Source: an uncultured cyanobacterium
GTDB lineage: Bacteria; Cyanobacteriota; Cyanobacteriia; Cyanobacteriales; Cyanobacteriaceae
Assembly: GCA_963710605.1 (NCBI GenBank)
Contig: CAVQBA010000005.1
Span: 256,001-320,000, forward strand
Length of the DNA: 64,000 bases
Reading direction: 5' to 3'
This document shows, in pieces, positions 63,343-64,000 of the stretch. The translations under genes and the position numbers were made by a program. The first letter of the stretch is position 1; the number at the start of each line of letters is the position of its first letter. The notes under the pieces are model-generated. The model worked only from the letters and a program-made list of their open reading frames with translations. It made no database searches and was not told where the DNA came from.

Positions 63343-64000
63343 TTAATACAAAGGCACAGAAGAATCGACTTCCTTACTCCAAGCGGTAATACCACCTGTT
63401 ACATTAGTTCCCTCAATTCCTGCGTCTTTTAAGATTTGTAAAGCCTTAGCCGATCGTCCACCCATCTTACAATGAGCAATTAAACGGTTTTTACCATTAA
63501 GTAAATCTTTAACTTTACTTACCCCATCGCCATCTTCAATATCAGGTAAAGGTATTAAAGTTGCCCCATCAATTTGAGCAATTTGATATTCATTCGGATT
63601 ACGTACATCAATTAAAACATAATCATCCGTATCGCTATCTAACAAAGATTTCAACTCGGTAACAGACATCTTAGCTAACTCTTCACTACTCTTACTCGCT
63701 TCGGCTTGAGCTTGAGGAATACCACAAAACTCTTGGTAATCAATTAGTTTTTCAATTACAGGGCGTACAGGATTAGGACGTAATTTTAATTCCCTGAACT
63801 TCATTTCCATCGCATTATAAAGCAATAATCTACCACTAAGAGTTTTAGCAGGATCGACCCCTAAAATAACCTTAATCGCTTCTGTAGCTTGGATACTACC
63901 AATAATACCGCACAGAACACCTAATACCCCACCTTCAGCACATGAAGGTACCATTCCTGGTGGTGGTGGCTCAGGATATAAATCACGATAATTGGGTCCT
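63343..64000 (-). CDS. moeB: molybdopterin-synthase adenylyltransferase MoeB/MoeZ with rhodanese domain (3' part)
   Basis: GPNYRDLYPEPPPPGMVPSCAEGGVLG, LIDVRNPNEY, HCKMGGRS. Confidence 0.93.
   Translation of the reverse strand, partial: GPNYRDLYPEPPPPGMVPSCAEGGVLGVLCGIIGSIQATEAIKVILGVDPAKTLSGRLLLYNAMEMKFRELKLRPNPVRPVIEKLIDYQEFCGIPQAQAEASKSSEELAKMSVTELKSLLDSDTDDYVLIDVRNPNEYQIAQIDGATLIPLPDIEDGDGVSKVKDLLNGKNRLIAHCKMGGRSAKALQILKDAGIEGTNVTGGITAWSKEVDSSVPLY

Noticed and set aside
1-64000. CRISPR array or cas genes
   Set aside because: No regularly spaced 25-40 bp repeats with unique spacers; tandem repeats seen are heptamer STRRs and dispersed palindromes

Overview
AT-rich chromosomal window from a unicellular cyanobacterium (psbD, frequent HIP1 GCGATCGC/CGATCG, heptamer STRR repeats; Cyanobacterium/Geminocystis-like is inference only). 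Housekeeping genes (accB, efp, trpC, rpmB, stand-alone psbD, tRNA-Leu, rnz, mraY, gltX, moeB) are interleaved with three accessory blocks. (1) A ~10 kb polymorphic-toxin (Rhs/YD) graveyard at 7.1-17.5 kb is bounded by a 195-bp direct duplication of the 5' end of an oxidoreductase gene. In it, three membrane-anchored GUN4-like genes each sit directly behind the tip of the same permuted-papain-type toxin C-terminus, a candidate new toxin/immunity pairing and the best lead in the window. (2) A type I R-M locus next to tRNA-Leu has in-frame TGA stops in hsdM and hsdS and is followed by a long-tailed ExbB/MotA plus two ExbD-like genes. (3) A Wzm/Wzt-exported nonulosonic-acid/sulfated glycan cluster at 39-58 kb is interrupted by an IS5 relic and an ORF-less, promoter-bearing TnpB-omegaRNA-like element. 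Also seen: a candidate two-component-regulated sRNA upstream of htrA, a 150-nt rod-like hairpin, IS630-type MITEs and REP/SDR-like repeats. Several single-base homopolymer frameshifts, including one in rnz, suggest sequencing error, so pseudogene calls need caution.
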